Assembly: GCA_964016885.1 (NCBI GenBank)
Contig: OZ024741.1
Coordinates: 44,268,001 to 44,332,000, forward strand
Reading direction: 5' to 3'
Length of the DNA: 64,000 nucleotides
Source of the DNA: Eledone cirrhosa
Taxonomy: Eukaryota
The notes under the pieces: model-generated
Told to the model about the DNA's origin: nothing
The model's input: the letters and a program-made list of their open reading frames with translations, nothing else
Databases searched by the model: none
Translations under genes and position numbers: made by a program
Part shown: positions 38,490-51,529 of the stretch, piece by piece
Layout of the letters: each line of letters starts with the position of its first letter
Numbering within the stretch: the first letter of the stretch is position 1

Positions 38490-40828
38490 AGTTGCATTTA
38501 TCTTGATTTATGTTCATACGAGTTATCACTAAGTCACAACCAGTGATCTCAAGAGACAGCAAGGTCCGCCATGTTCAAGAAAGAACATACATACTCACAC
38601 ATGCATCTTTAGTGTTTAGACTTGTGATGTACTTATATTGACAGAATCTTCCTTTGTATATGAGCAGTTCCCATTAGTACTATCTTTTGTATTTCTCCTA
38701 TACGCGGGTTTCCTGGGATTTGCGATAAGTAATCATTAGACCCATTAGGTATCATTCCCAGAGCGCCTACAACCACTGGTATTGTTTTAGTTCTCAATTT
38801 CCACATTTTTCCAATTTCTATCTCCAGGTGCTTATACTTGCTCAACTTTTCAAATGTTTTCATAGATATATTCTTGTCTATTGGAACGGATATATCAATT
38901 AGCGGGCAAACCCTCTTTTTAAAGTCCTTCAATATTATATCAGGTCTATTTGCATCTATTGTTCGGTCTGTTTGGATGCTAAAGTTCCACAAGATTGAGA
39001 TGTGATCTTTTTCAAGTATGGGAGGTGGTTGATGCTCCCACCAATTCTTTTGATGGGGCATGTCAAAATGCTTACACATTATCCAATGTATGTATTGTGC
39101 AGCTCTGTCATGCCTGTTTAGGTATTCGGTTGGAGCTATAGGACTGCACATTGAAATTATATGGTCAATGGTCTCTGGTTGTTTTTTGCATACACGGCAT
39201 AATGGGCTGCATCAATCTTTTATTATGTTGACTTGGTAATTTTTTGTTGGCAGACACTGATCTTGTGCTGATATAATCGGTCCTTCAGTCTCCGATTTCA
39301 GTCCAGAGGATGCCAACCACTGATGGGTTAAAGTTTTGTCAACATCAGGATTGTTAGCTCGCTCTGGGTATTTTCCATACAGAGGCTTTTCTTGCCATTT
39401 CTTAGCCAGTTTCTGTAGCAGTTCTTTCTTTGCAGTTAATTTTACCTGCTTTGCTTTTTCTGTGTTTTCCATTTCAGCAGTAAATGGGACTTCCGAAATC
39501 TGTAGTCCATTACTGTATATTTGTGCATCTTTTGTAATGGAACATGATCTTTTGATGCTTTCGTGTTACAAAACGGGTTTGATCATCCAATCATGTGATT
39601 CCCTTAGATATGTAGATAATCCAATGTTGCAGATTTCAACGCAATGTCTTAACTGGATTAACCCACGTCCTCCTTCTTTCCTAGGGTGATATATTCTATC
39701 TATATCTGCCTTAGGGTGATGCATTCTGTGCATGGTTAAGAATTTTCGAATTTTTGTATCGAGCCTACGGATCTCTGTGCTTGACCAGTTGATGACATTG
39801 TAACTGTAGGTTACTACTGGTATGGCAAGCGTGTTTATGGCATCGATCCTATTCCTTGCATTCAATTCCGTTCTTAAGATTGCACTTACTCTGCGGTAAC
39901 ATTCCTTCCTTATCCTTTACTTCATTGTCGAGTGCTTGATTCCGTCTCCTTCACAAACACCTAGATACTTGTAAGTTTTTTCTTGATCAAGTTCTCTTAT
40001 CACATTCCCCCGATCAAGATTAATGTCTGAACTCTTCAGCAGCTTTCCTCTGGTGAACGTTGCTTTGGCACATTTATCTAGTCCAAACTCCATTTTAATG
40101 GCACCACAGTGGATAATAGCCTTTGCAATTGTTCATCATTTTTTGCAAATAGTTTCAGGTCATCCATGTAGAACAAGTGATTACTGGTTTTGTCATAGAC
40201 TTTATATCCATGTTTTGTTTCATTGAGCATTTTACTTAATGGTATAAGTGCGATGCAGAATAAAAGCGGTGATAAAGAGTCACCCTGAAAAATTCCACAA
40301 TTAATATTAACTTCTCCAGCTTCCAGTGATTTTGTTTCACTATTCAAAAGGAGTGTCGTTTTCCATGTCTTCATACTGAATGACAAAAACCTCCTGACAA
40401 CGGGGGATATTTTGAAAATCTCTAAACATTTTTCAATCCAACTGTGTGGCAAACTATCGAATGCTTTTTTATAATCTATCCAAGCAATCGATAGATTGTT
40501 GTGTCTATTATGACAATCTTCCAGTATCATTTTGTTAACCAAAAGCTGATCCTTACAGCCATATGAGCCTCGTTTACACCCTTTCTGCTCAATGGGAAAT
40601 AGGTCATTTGTTATCAGGTGGTCATATGTGTATTCAGTTAGGACTGATGTTAAAATGTTATACATTGTGGTCAAGCAAGTTATCGGTCTGTAATTTTTGG
40701 GATTGTTTGTCTCATCATTCTTCGGAAGCAGGAATGTAATGCCGTTAACTAGCCATGATGGTATCTTTTCTGGCTCCTTAACTATTTCATTATAAAGTTG
40801 GGCTAACAGCTCATGAGACTCTGTGAAG
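38490..40828 (-). mobile_element. 5'-truncated, frameshifted R4/Dong-type LINE family 2
   Basis: GIFQGDSLSPLLF, FYMDDLK, GGRGL, RHD, RPDII, IPVVVGALG in split ORFs. Confidence 0.9.
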
Positions 40829-40868
<40 letters not shown>

Positions 40869-40917
40869 TTCTTCTTCTTCTTCTTCTTCTTCTTCTTCTT
40901 CTTCTTCTTCTTCTTCT

Positions 40918-40964
<47 letters not shown>

Positions 40965-40997
40965 TTCTTCTTCTTCTTCTTCTTCTTCTTCTTCTTC
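40829..40997. repeat. (TTA)n followed by (TTC)n
   Basis: Direct reading. Confidence 0.95.
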
Positions 40998-41054
40998 CAT
41001 ATATATATATATCTTCTAACCGTCAATATGCAACATGTAATGATGTACAACGAT

Positions 41055-41430
41055 AACATTTAGGTACAGGACTAGCATGGGAAGGTCGACTCCAATATTT
41101 GGCAAGTACTTTATCCATCACAACATGGGATGTAAATTTGTCTCAACTCAGAACGTAAAAAGCCGTAACAAATCACAAAGCATTTTGTTCTAACGATTCT
41201 GCCAATTCACCACCCTTAAAAACAATGGTTTCTGATTAGGCACAAGGCCAACGACTTGGGAGAACGGGATAGTCGACCAAATCGACCCCAGTGCAAAACT
41301 GAGGGTTTATTTTATCGAGTCCGTAAGAATGAAAGGCAAAATTAACCTCGCCGGTATTTGAAATCAGAACGTAAAAGACCGTAACACTATGCCGCTAAGC
41401 ATGTTGTCCGACGTTCTACCGCTAGTCCCA
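41055..41430 (-). mobile_element. Two adjacent tRNA-SINE copies (41055-41216 degenerate; 41222-41430)
   Basis: atcgaccccagt..tttatcga..gaatgaaaggcaaa..cagaacgtaaaag. Confidence 0.7.
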
Positions 41431-41650
41431 ATCTTAACAATAATGCCAACAATGAGAGTGATCAAAACATTCATCAATATGACGTCGTTATTAGATAAAT
41501 AAATACATATATATTGTTCTTCACGATATATAATTATTAAAGTCATATTAAGTTCAGTATAATTAATAAACATATATATAATCACACCATGCACTGAAAT
41601 AAAGTGAAAAATGATCATTATATGAAAGTGATCAATATTAGTGTAATTTT

Positions 41651-41795
41651 ACGGCCCACTCGGTCACGAATGACCATGGTTTTGCACCTAGAAAGTTCCC
41701 CTCCGAGGCACAAGCTTGGGCAAGGTTTGTTTTGTGGAAGACCAGCAGTCGCCCATGCATACCCAATGCTCTAACCTCTAAGCCATGCGCCTTCA
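41651..41795 (-). mobile_element. Second octopus SINE-like repeat, internally deleted
   Basis: gtcacgaatgaccatgg..gcacctagaaag..ggaagaccagcagtcgcccatgcatacc recognised from recall as an abundant octopus repeat. Confidence 0.5.
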
Positions 41796-41899
41796 TGTGT
41801 AACTACGTCCACATATGTAATTAAGATCACATTGCAAGTTATTTGACAACACTGGTGCGGGCTAATGTATATGGAATGGAAGAATCGCACACACACATA

Positions 41900-41956
<57 letters not shown>

Positions 41957-42193
41957 GTGTGTGGGAGGGTCTGTCTGTGTGTGGGTGTGTGTATACTAAA
42001 TGATTTTCCACCATTGTCGAAAGAGAAAGATATATTTCACAAATTCAGTTCTTCTCAATTATCCCTTCTCTGTTTTATGAGTTGGCTTAAGCCTTACCTT
42101 AAACCTTCCACTTAAATACAAGCCCTCACTATATGCTTAGGTTGAGTTCGGGGGTGGGAGAAGGGCTGGCCTAGCGTCCATACCCTTACGGAA

Positions 42194-42880
42194 TACGTGA
42201 TGTGTCAGAAAAGAAACAAGACATTGGTCGAAAAAAATAATATTTCAAATCCAAACTACGAAATTTGTTTTCTCCTTCAAAATAATCCTCCTCAAGTCTA
42301 ACGCACTTTCTCCATTCTCTGCTGGAAGTATTCTCCCGGGATTCTCCACAGATTCATCTTCGCGACACTCTTGAAGGCATCCACGTTAGGAAAGGTGCCC
42401 CCGTAACTCATCACCGGAGATGACTCTCCCCAGAAAGTTTGGTTCAGTTTCAAACCGCTCGAGGATGCCATGACACACCTTTACGTGCAGCTCCTTCTTG
42501 TGATCGTTCAGCATCCACGGCACAATCTTTTCCCAAATCTACCGCTGGGCCGATCTTCCGCATTCGATGATAATCTTCCAAATGCCGTCACAGTTCATGC
42601 CTCGTTCACTTGCAATCCGTTAAAACGTCTGCCGGCAATTGCCAGGCACCTATTGCTTCACGCACACCTTGCTTCACGCACACCTTGCTTCACGCACACC
42701 TTGCTTCATGCACACCTTGCTTCACGCATACCTTGCTTCACGCACTCAACGTTGGCTTTAGTCCTGTCCGTTGAAGGACCTCCGCTCGTGGGGTCCTCTT
42801 CCATATCCTCAAGTCCCTCTTTGAGTCTTTTGTGCCACTCTAGTTGTCGATAACCCTATTCACGCCACTGAGATGAAGCT
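42194..42880 (-). mobile_element. Decayed mariner-type DNA transposon remnant
   Basis: Minus strand EWHKRLKEGLEDMEED.R...PST.RTKANVE (mariner HTH linker) and a KIVPWML (WVP-like) motif; 16-bp tandem expansion at 42653-42745. Confidence 0.65.
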
Positions 42881-45216
42881 GGTGCGATGTGTGTATTTTT
42901 GATAAGTGAACACGTGCTACTAGCCATTCGCAGATTTGAATTTGCTGTGTAAACACAGATAGTTAAGTCCTCTTTCTTGTTGAAAATGCGGGATTTGGCT
43001 ACTGTGGTTTACCGAAAGGTTGATGGTGAAATATATTTGTTTAATGAAATATATACAAGGAAGATTAATCCATTTATAAGGTATCTATTTTTAAAGTTCT
43101 AGTTAAACTTTAATTAGTTACCTACATAACTATGTGTGCTTACACACTTTTACAAATTATTCCCTGTGATTGTTTCATATGTTTATTTTATATATATATA
43201 TATATGTCAATCAATTTCTAGTTGATATAAAATGCTCGGATCTATTCATTGGAATCTTGGAGCATATTCTACAGTGGATATTGTGCATGTTTCTCTGACA
43301 TGACATCCTTAAATTAATTTAATTTAATTTTGAATATATACATATCTTTCCTATATATTTATAATGTCATATTCAATGACAGTAGTGAATGTTTAATTTA
43401 AATGTAGCGTTTGTCCTTAACATCGGTACCTTTCTTGAATTATGATTACATTATATTATTCAAATATCCATATTTCCACCATTTGTCATAATATATGGTT
43501 GGAGACAATTAAATACAGAATATGAGTACATAATTCATCCAGAGTGTGTTTCATGTACTTTTGTTAAATTATAAATCGATTCGTAAGAATAAAATGTACA
43601 ATATTATTTTCTTCTTAGCCTATCAGTATTAGTTACTATTTTGAAGTAATTTCGACCATATTGTAACCATATAAACTAATTAATACTAGTAGTGTAAAAA
43701 TACCGTGATTTACCAGAATGAACATTATATTGTGTTAGTTTTGATTGAATAAATGTTCTCAGCCTCTCCCAAAAGGAAATTAACAAATAACACCTGCAAT
43801 TTCAAATGATAAACTTTGAAATATATCGTTAATATTCAGTGAAATTTCATACATATAATTAACAATGCAACTATAACGACGTGTTTCATATTAAATGCAT
43901 AGGCGGACTTATATACACATACGATTATTTTAAGCTGTTATCATGGCACAGCTTCAAATACTTAGGGTAAGATTATATGTGTTTACACTACGTAAACATT
44001 GTAATACAGTATCTTAGCGACAGTATATGTTCTTTGTCTTCTAATTGGGAATAGGATTCGAAATTACTTGCGAGAAGCATTTAAAATCATTTGCTGACAA
44101 GCTAAATAAAAATACGAATTTTATTGGTTATTGCCAATTGAGACTAACAGTGTTGTTATCATTTCACATAAATATGTGTCTGAGATATAATTTTTCAAGT
44201 AAAAGAAAACAAGGAGACGATAGTTCTCGAGCAATTGAGATATGAATTCAATTATGTGAAAGAGAAGACTATGCTTTAAAGTATATTAGAAAATATGCAT
44301 TAAATGAAATCTAGATTGATGGATGTGATAGTGACAGCTGATATATAATTAAAAGAATGGTTGGTTTATGAAATGCTAGATAGTTGTTAAAAGTATTTTT
44401 CTATCTACTAATTGAGTATCAATTTCGTATCTGTGGGGTATTTTTCGTACATGTTAAATATAAACAAGTGGTGACATTCCGACGGATATATTATGTAGGA
44501 TGTAGATTATTCTTGACGTAATTTTTTTTGTAATGCTAGACTTTTGTAATGCAGGTAGGCTTATAAGTGAAAATGTTGTTTAGTCATAGTATAATAAGAA
44601 AAGCATGTGTAGAAATAATTAATAACCAAGAAAGGAAAATGGGTTAAATATCACACTTACATCTAATTCATTTGTATCAAATCTCGTAAATTTCAATTTC
44701 CTTAGAATGTCATTAAGGAAATACACTAGTCATGTAAATTAATTAACTCTAATGACCCTAAAGTAATTGTGGCACTTGCAAACATAATGAGTATTTATCA
44801 CCGAATATATCACATTTCCAACAAAAAAATCCTAAGATTGATGGATTTCTTCTTAAAACATTGACTTTCTTACAATTAATTTCCACAAATACAAAACAAA
44901 TTATATAGAAAAAATAGAAACATTCTGTTTAGAATTAGAAAATCACCTACAGAATAGATTTTTTTTCAATTGAGAGGTGTATATATTTAAGACTAAAACA
45001 CGTAGGTATCTCCAACTTTCTAAACTATTACGTAATATTTTAGTAACAAATTTGAGGTATGAACCGATTTAAGTCAAAATAATTTATTCCCACGCCGGAC
45101 ACAAATATATATAAAACATGAAAGCAAAAATATGCATACATTATACAATTTACTAAACAGAAAAATCTACCCACGGATATGCATTGCGTGGAAATCTCAA
45201 AGTTTATTAGTTAATT

Positions 45217-45325
45217 AATTGTTTCTACTTTTGGCATAAGGCCAGCAATTATCCCAGTGTATTTCTGGTACTTTATTTTATCGACCCCGTAAGGATGAAA
45301 GGCAAAGTTAACCTCGGCGGGATTT
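45217..45325 (-). mobile_element. tRNA-SINE fragment
   Basis: Matches 14998-15105; flanked on both sides by tttattagttaattaat (possible 17-bp TSD). Confidence 0.7.
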
Positions 45326-46154
45326 ATTAGTTAATTAATGAATTCAAATTCCTTTGGCAACATTTTATGTACCGTTTGTTAGCAGCGACCGCCAGTTTAT
45401 TGAACAGATTGGATTTGCAAATTATTGCAATTAAGTAAAACTTCGAGGTTGTCTATCTTGCATTTCCTTATCGGAATTACATTACCGAATAATAAATTTG
45501 TCTTACATGACGTGTCCATTTCTAAATAACTAACATTTAGTTGTTTATTGCATTAAGTAATTTAACAGTTTCTAAAAGACATACGAGGGGAGTAATCTTT
45601 TTTGTAATTCGTTACAAATACATATTTGTATTAAGTCTCACAAAAACATACACCCAAACGTGCATATATAAATATATATACACACACACACATATATATA
45701 TATATAAATGAAGCATTTTCGTAGGAAAGGTAAAGGAAAAAAGAGTGCTCTATGTAGGCTACAGAGCTTTTGAGTTATAAACAACAGAAAATAATTAATT
45801 CATTTACCAATGGTTTCTAGAAGAGCGTGACGTATACGTCCGTCTTCATTCATCAGAAAACATTGTGATTATTGAATGTGATATAGTTTTGAAAACAGAG
45901 TTAGGATAAATGAAAGTGAGGCTGAAATAAAATAACGGGTATAAAATTGAGGAGAAAAAAATTATAAATTTCCAAATACACGCAAACTCACGCATATACG
46001 TAATAGTAGGTAAACCTATACATTCACACATCAGAATATGTGCGTCTACATGGAAATACAAATACACACATATACATGCGATCTTTCGCTCACATATGCG
46101 CACACACATGCACACAATCACATACGTACTCAATATTAACATAGTTACCTCCCT

Positions 46155-46278
46155 TTACGGTCTGAGTTCAAATCCCGTCAAGGTTAACTTTGCCTTTCAT
46201 CCTTACGGGGTCGATATAGTACAGTACCAGTAATGTAAGGGGTACTTGCTGGCTTGATGCCAAAAGTAGAAACAATTA
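46155..46278 (+). mobile_element. tRNA-SINE copy
   Basis: gagttcaaatcccg..ctttgcctttcatccttacggggtcgat..gccaaaagtagaaacaatt. Confidence 0.7.
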
Positions 46279-46369
46279 TATATATTTCGGAGGTACTGTG
46301 CTATTTTTTCAGTACGTCCTCATCAGATAAAATACATAAATTGATGTATGACATACCTCAAATGTGCTG

Positions 46370-46461
<92 letters not shown>

Positions 46462-46496
46462 CATAAATTGATGTATGACATACCTCAAATGTGCTG

Positions 46497-46561
<65 letters not shown>

Positions 46562-46565
<4 letters not shown>

Positions 46566-47119
46566 GGTTTGAGGTTCACCACTGTATAGATCTGGTTTAT
46601 TCCGTATGGTCAATCGTAATGCAATAATATAGAGAGTACTCAACGTAAGGCAGTTCAACCGTCTTTGCTTTTGTAGTTGGTGGTGCTATTACGGAGTTAA
46701 ATATTATAATGAAATGACAGGAGGCTGGATTTGTGTAAATCCTTGAAAGGTTTATTATACTATGATCATTTCAATCACCGGGTTCCGTATGAATCCGGTC
46801 ACATCATCAGGTATTCGAAATATAATACGTGAATGTAATAAATAAAATCCATGTGGCTGAAAATCGAGGATCCGGGGGCGACCGCTATTCTGTTCCTTCA
46901 ACCTCAGCCAGGGCGACCGGCTGAGGTTGAAGGAACAGAATAGCGGTCGCCCTCGGATCCTCGATTTTCAGCCCCATGGATTTTATTTATTACATTCACG
47001 AATTATATTTCGAATACCTGATGATGTCACCGGATTCATACGGAACCCGGTCATTGAAATGATCATAGTATAATAAACCTTTCAAGGATTTACACAATTC
47101 CAGCCTCCTGTCATTTCAC
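46562..47119. mobile_element. Fold-back of family F: ~200-bp arms with divergent hammerheads and a ~145-nt tail on the left arm
   Basis: 46710-46909 is the reverse complement of 46919-47118; 9-nt centre. Confidence 0.9.
47014..47071 (+). ncRNA. Type I hammerhead motif (mirror copy 46757-46814 -, third copy 47442-47499 +)
   Basis: atac-CTGATGA-[accgg...ccggt stem II]-GAAA-tgatca-TA-gtat, followed by AATAAA. Confidence 0.85.
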
Positions 47120-47157
47120 TGGGTAATTTCTGGCCTTGTGCCAATAGTAGAAACAAT

Positions 47158-47196
<39 letters not shown>

Positions 47197-47198
<2 letters not shown>

Positions 47199-47547
47199 TT
47201 CTTGGTTCACCACTGGATAGAACTGGTCATTCTGTATGGTCAATCCTGGTGTAATATTGTGAAGAGTACTTAGCGCAGTGTAGTTCACCCATCTTCGTTT
47301 GTGTAGTTGGTGGTGCGAATACGGAGTTAATTATAAATAAAATAAAATAACAGGAGGCTGGACTGGTGTAAATCCTTGAAAGGTTTACTATACTGATTTT
47401 TCTGACCCATTTTGTTTTACATATTCCTTTGTTATATTCCAATACCTGATGATATCACCGGATTCATATGGAACTTGGTCATTGAAATGATCATAGTATA
47501 ATAAACCTTTCAAGGATTTACACCAGTCCAACCTCCTGTTATTTTAT

Positions 47548-47555
<8 letters not shown>
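47197..47555. mobile_element. Second family F fold-back
   Basis: Left arm is tail plus post-ribozyme segment (inverted); right arm includes the hammerhead; (TA)n on both sides. Confidence 0.85.
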
Positions 47556-47597
<42 letters not shown>

Positions 47598-47681
47598 CAC
47601 ACACACACACACACATATGTCCCAAGGCTCTGATACCATTGACACTATAAACACAGAGCTGGCATATCTAAGGACTGTCTA

Positions 47682-47737
47682 ACTGCCTGATGAGGTCATA
47701 GCCATTCAATGGCTATCATCGAAATATATATAGCAGT
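47682..47737 (+). ncRNA. Type I hammerhead motif in a ~165-bp element (47619-47783; family G)
   Basis: actgc-CTGATGA-[atagccatt/aatggctat]-GAAA-tatata-TA-gcagt, then AATAAA; the same element starts again at 63946. Confidence 0.85.
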
Positions 47738-47778
47738 AAATAAAGGATTATGAATTCATGCAATTGACTTATGTTTCG

Positions 47779-47852
<74 letters not shown>

Positions 47853-47960
47853 TATATCCACACAAACACATATCTGCCTATATACGCACATATACAGACA
47901 TACATATGCTCACACACACGCGCACGCTTACACTTAAGTGTGAACATAGACGTAATCGTG

Positions 47961-48046
<86 letters not shown>

Positions 48047-48229
48047 CACACAGATATACAGACATGCACACCGTACACACACGTATAGGCATGAAACAAC
48101 AAACGTACAATTACAGAACATTTTTGGCGTCCTCGTTTGTTTCTGTATATATGCATGCGAATATATATATGTGAGTATGTGGGTATATACACTTATCTGC
48201 GTGTATGTGGGTATATATAAGTTTGTCTG

Positions 48230-48266
<37 letters not shown>

Positions 48267-48280
48267 ATATATATATATAT

Positions 48281-48354
<74 letters not shown>

Positions 48355-48357
<3 letters not shown>

Positions 48358-48787
48358 GAAGTTATATTTAATTTGTTGGGATACAACAAGCAAATATTTT
48401 TATAACTGATATAAAGCACTCAACAAATTTTTGGAGTAAAAATAAAATATATTAACAAATGGAAACTATATTTATAAAACCATATTTATTTCATTATACA
48501 TATTTCAAGGACACCAAAGCAAATTATGGTGGGCTTTCATCAGATGAAATATAATATAGATCAGTTTTATAAACAAATATTGACATACCCTTAAAAGAAT
48601 GCGACTATCCGGGAGCTTAAAAAAGACATGGGCGCATTCTTTTAAGGGTATGTCAATATTTGTTTATAAAACTGATCTATATTATATTTTATCTGATGAA
48701 AGCGCACCATAAATTGCTTTGGTGTCCTTGAAATATGTATGATGAAATAAATATGGTTTTATAAATATAGTTTCCATTTGTTAATAT
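48355..48787. mobile_element. Family D fold-back with divergent hammerheads (48487-48551 -, 48685-48749 +)
   Basis: Minus strand: tatttcat-CTGATGA-[cacca/tggtg]-GAAA-tatgta-TA-atgaaata; ~95-nt tail on the left arm. Confidence 0.88.
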
Positions 48788-49117
48788 ATTGTATTATATA
48801 TGTATATATAATTATATATGTATATATAAATATATATGTACGTATGTGTGTGTGTGTATGGGTGTATGTGCGTGTGTTCATGTACGTGTGTGTATATATA
48901 TATATCTGTATGTAGATGTATATATATATGCATGTACACGTATATGTATGCGTGTGTATGCGTATGCATGTATATATATATATATATATATATATAAATG
49001 TATATATGTGTATGTGTGTATGTATATATGTATATACGTATAAATCTTTGTCTATATGTGTATATATATATAATTATGGTTATGTTTATTATTTTAAAAT
49101 TGTATGTATACATATAT

Positions 49118-49162
<45 letters not shown>

Positions 49163-49167
<5 letters not shown>

Positions 49168-49328
49168 ATAATAATAAATTTGAAGACTAAAATCCAAAGA
49201 GGGCTCGATAAGGATAAATATATATCAAATATATAAGAAGCGTAGTGCAAATATTTATTAAAATACCAGATTAAATTTTAAGCAAAGAATCGCTTCTTTG
49301 CTTAAACTTTAATCTGTTATGTTAATAA
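49163..49328. mobile_element. Mini fold-back of the family C terminus, tail on the left
   Basis: Reverse complement of 22617-22750, then forward ttctttgcttaaactttaatctgtta. Confidence 0.8.
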
Positions 49329-49342
49329 TAATAATAATAATA

Positions 49343-49403
<61 letters not shown>

Positions 49404-49408
<5 letters not shown>

Positions 49409-49916
49409 AAAGAATAGAGGTGTAACACACAAGTTATTATATATTGGTAAACGGAATAGAAAATGCTGACAAATTGTTCACAGCTGAAAAATGGTTTAAT
49501 TAGGAATAAAAGAGTATTAGTGATTGTATGGGTTAGTATTCAGTTGTGGTTTTAAGTTTTTAAGTTTTTACCGGTTGCGCATTTCTAAATGCTTTTCAAA
49601 AATAATTTTGAGATAGGGTGTCCGTGCTGTTTGCTCTGATCTGATTAGTTTTGGGAATTCTACCTGTGTTTATGTTAAAAAAGTGGCTCCAGCGTTATTT
49701 TTGTGTTGCAAAAATGCTTGTGGTCAAAACAATTTTGATTGGTCGGTAGAGGTCATGTGAATGTAAAAAGTTGATTTTGCGCCAAGACTGTTTTTATGTT
49801 AAAAAAGTGGCTCCAGCAAAAATTCTTGGTCAAAACAATTTTGATTGGGCGGTAGAGGTCATGTGGATAAAAAATTGGTTTTGCGCCAAGATTGAGAAAT
49901 GACTCTTTCACAACAA

Positions 49917-49959
<43 letters not shown>

Positions 49960-50057
49960 TGTGTATATGTGTGTGTGTGTGTGTGTAGTAGTAGTAGTAA
50001 GGTGTTCGATGCTGCGACAATGGCCAGCAGCGATGTGTGTCAAATGGCTATTAAGAT

Positions 50058-50095
<38 letters not shown>

Positions 50096-51142
50096 CAGAG
50101 TAATTCGATGGTCAGTAAGAATGTGTCTGAAAGCAATGGGGGGTATTTTAGCAGGTCAAAAGATATTTTTCAGCTTTTGTCTTATACGGAGAAGTGCGCG
50201 TGTGTGTGTGTGTGTATAAGTCTCTTTGTATGTTGATGTACGCGTGTGTATGTGTTTGTGTATATATGTGTGTGTGTGTGTGTGTGTGTGGGTGGACCAG
50301 TATTTTTTTCCCCCTGGTAAAATGGTGTACATTATTCGATTTTTTCAGTAAAATCGGTTCTCTTAATAGAACATCAAAAATCTTAACAATAAAAGGTGTG
50401 AAATGATATTCACTATATATATATACACATACATATGTTCACTACATATATATATATATGTAGTGAATATATATATTAGATTTTCCGATGCACATGTGAA
50501 ATTGTGTTTTACTATAAAACGTTGTCCATCTTCGAAATAGAATTCCGAACCCTCTATAAGTTGATGCAAATGCCACAGTTGGGTCTATCGCATTTTTTTA
50601 CTGTGGGTTTCGTTGTTGTGGTTGGCAGTACATTGGCATGTGTTAAGATGTTTTTCATTGACTTGGATTGTCTTTTGCTCTTTATGATATCGTGTGCCGC
50701 ACAATATCATCCCAACTTCAGAATCTTTCTCCACTACAAATTTAAAGATAATGCCACCCAAACCCAGCGCATCAGCAAGGAATCTTACTTCATTAACAAA
50801 TACGGACCCCGTCTAAACACTTCTCCCTAAGACGAACCCACAACATACACACGTCAACATACATACCTACATCAGCACACATCTCTACCCACATATAAAC
50901 ACAATGACACACGTAAACACACATGCTCTATGGTGCAATACAAAAAAATATATGTGCATATATATGCATGTATATATGTATATATATATATATGTAGTGA
51001 ATATATGTATGTGTATATATATATAGTGAATATCATTTCACACCTTTTATTGTTAAGATTTTTGATGTTCTATTAAGAGAACCGATTTTACTGAAAATAT
51101 CGAATAATGTACACCATTTTACCAGGGGGAAAAAATACTGGT

Positions 51143-51189
<47 letters not shown>

Positions 51190-51231
51190 CACAAACACAT
51201 ACACACGCATACATCAACATACAAAGAGACT

Positions 51232-51268
<37 letters not shown>

Positions 51269-51349
51269 TTCTCCGTATAAGACAAAAGCTGAAAAATATC
51301 TTTTGACATGCTTTCAGACACATTCTTACTGACCATCGAATTACTCTGC

Positions 51350-51412
<63 letters not shown>

Positions 51413-51492
51413 ATCTTAATAGCCATTTGACACACATCGCTGCTGGCCATTGTCGCAGCATCGAACACCTTACTACTACTACTACTACTACT

Positions 51493-51529
<37 letters not shown>

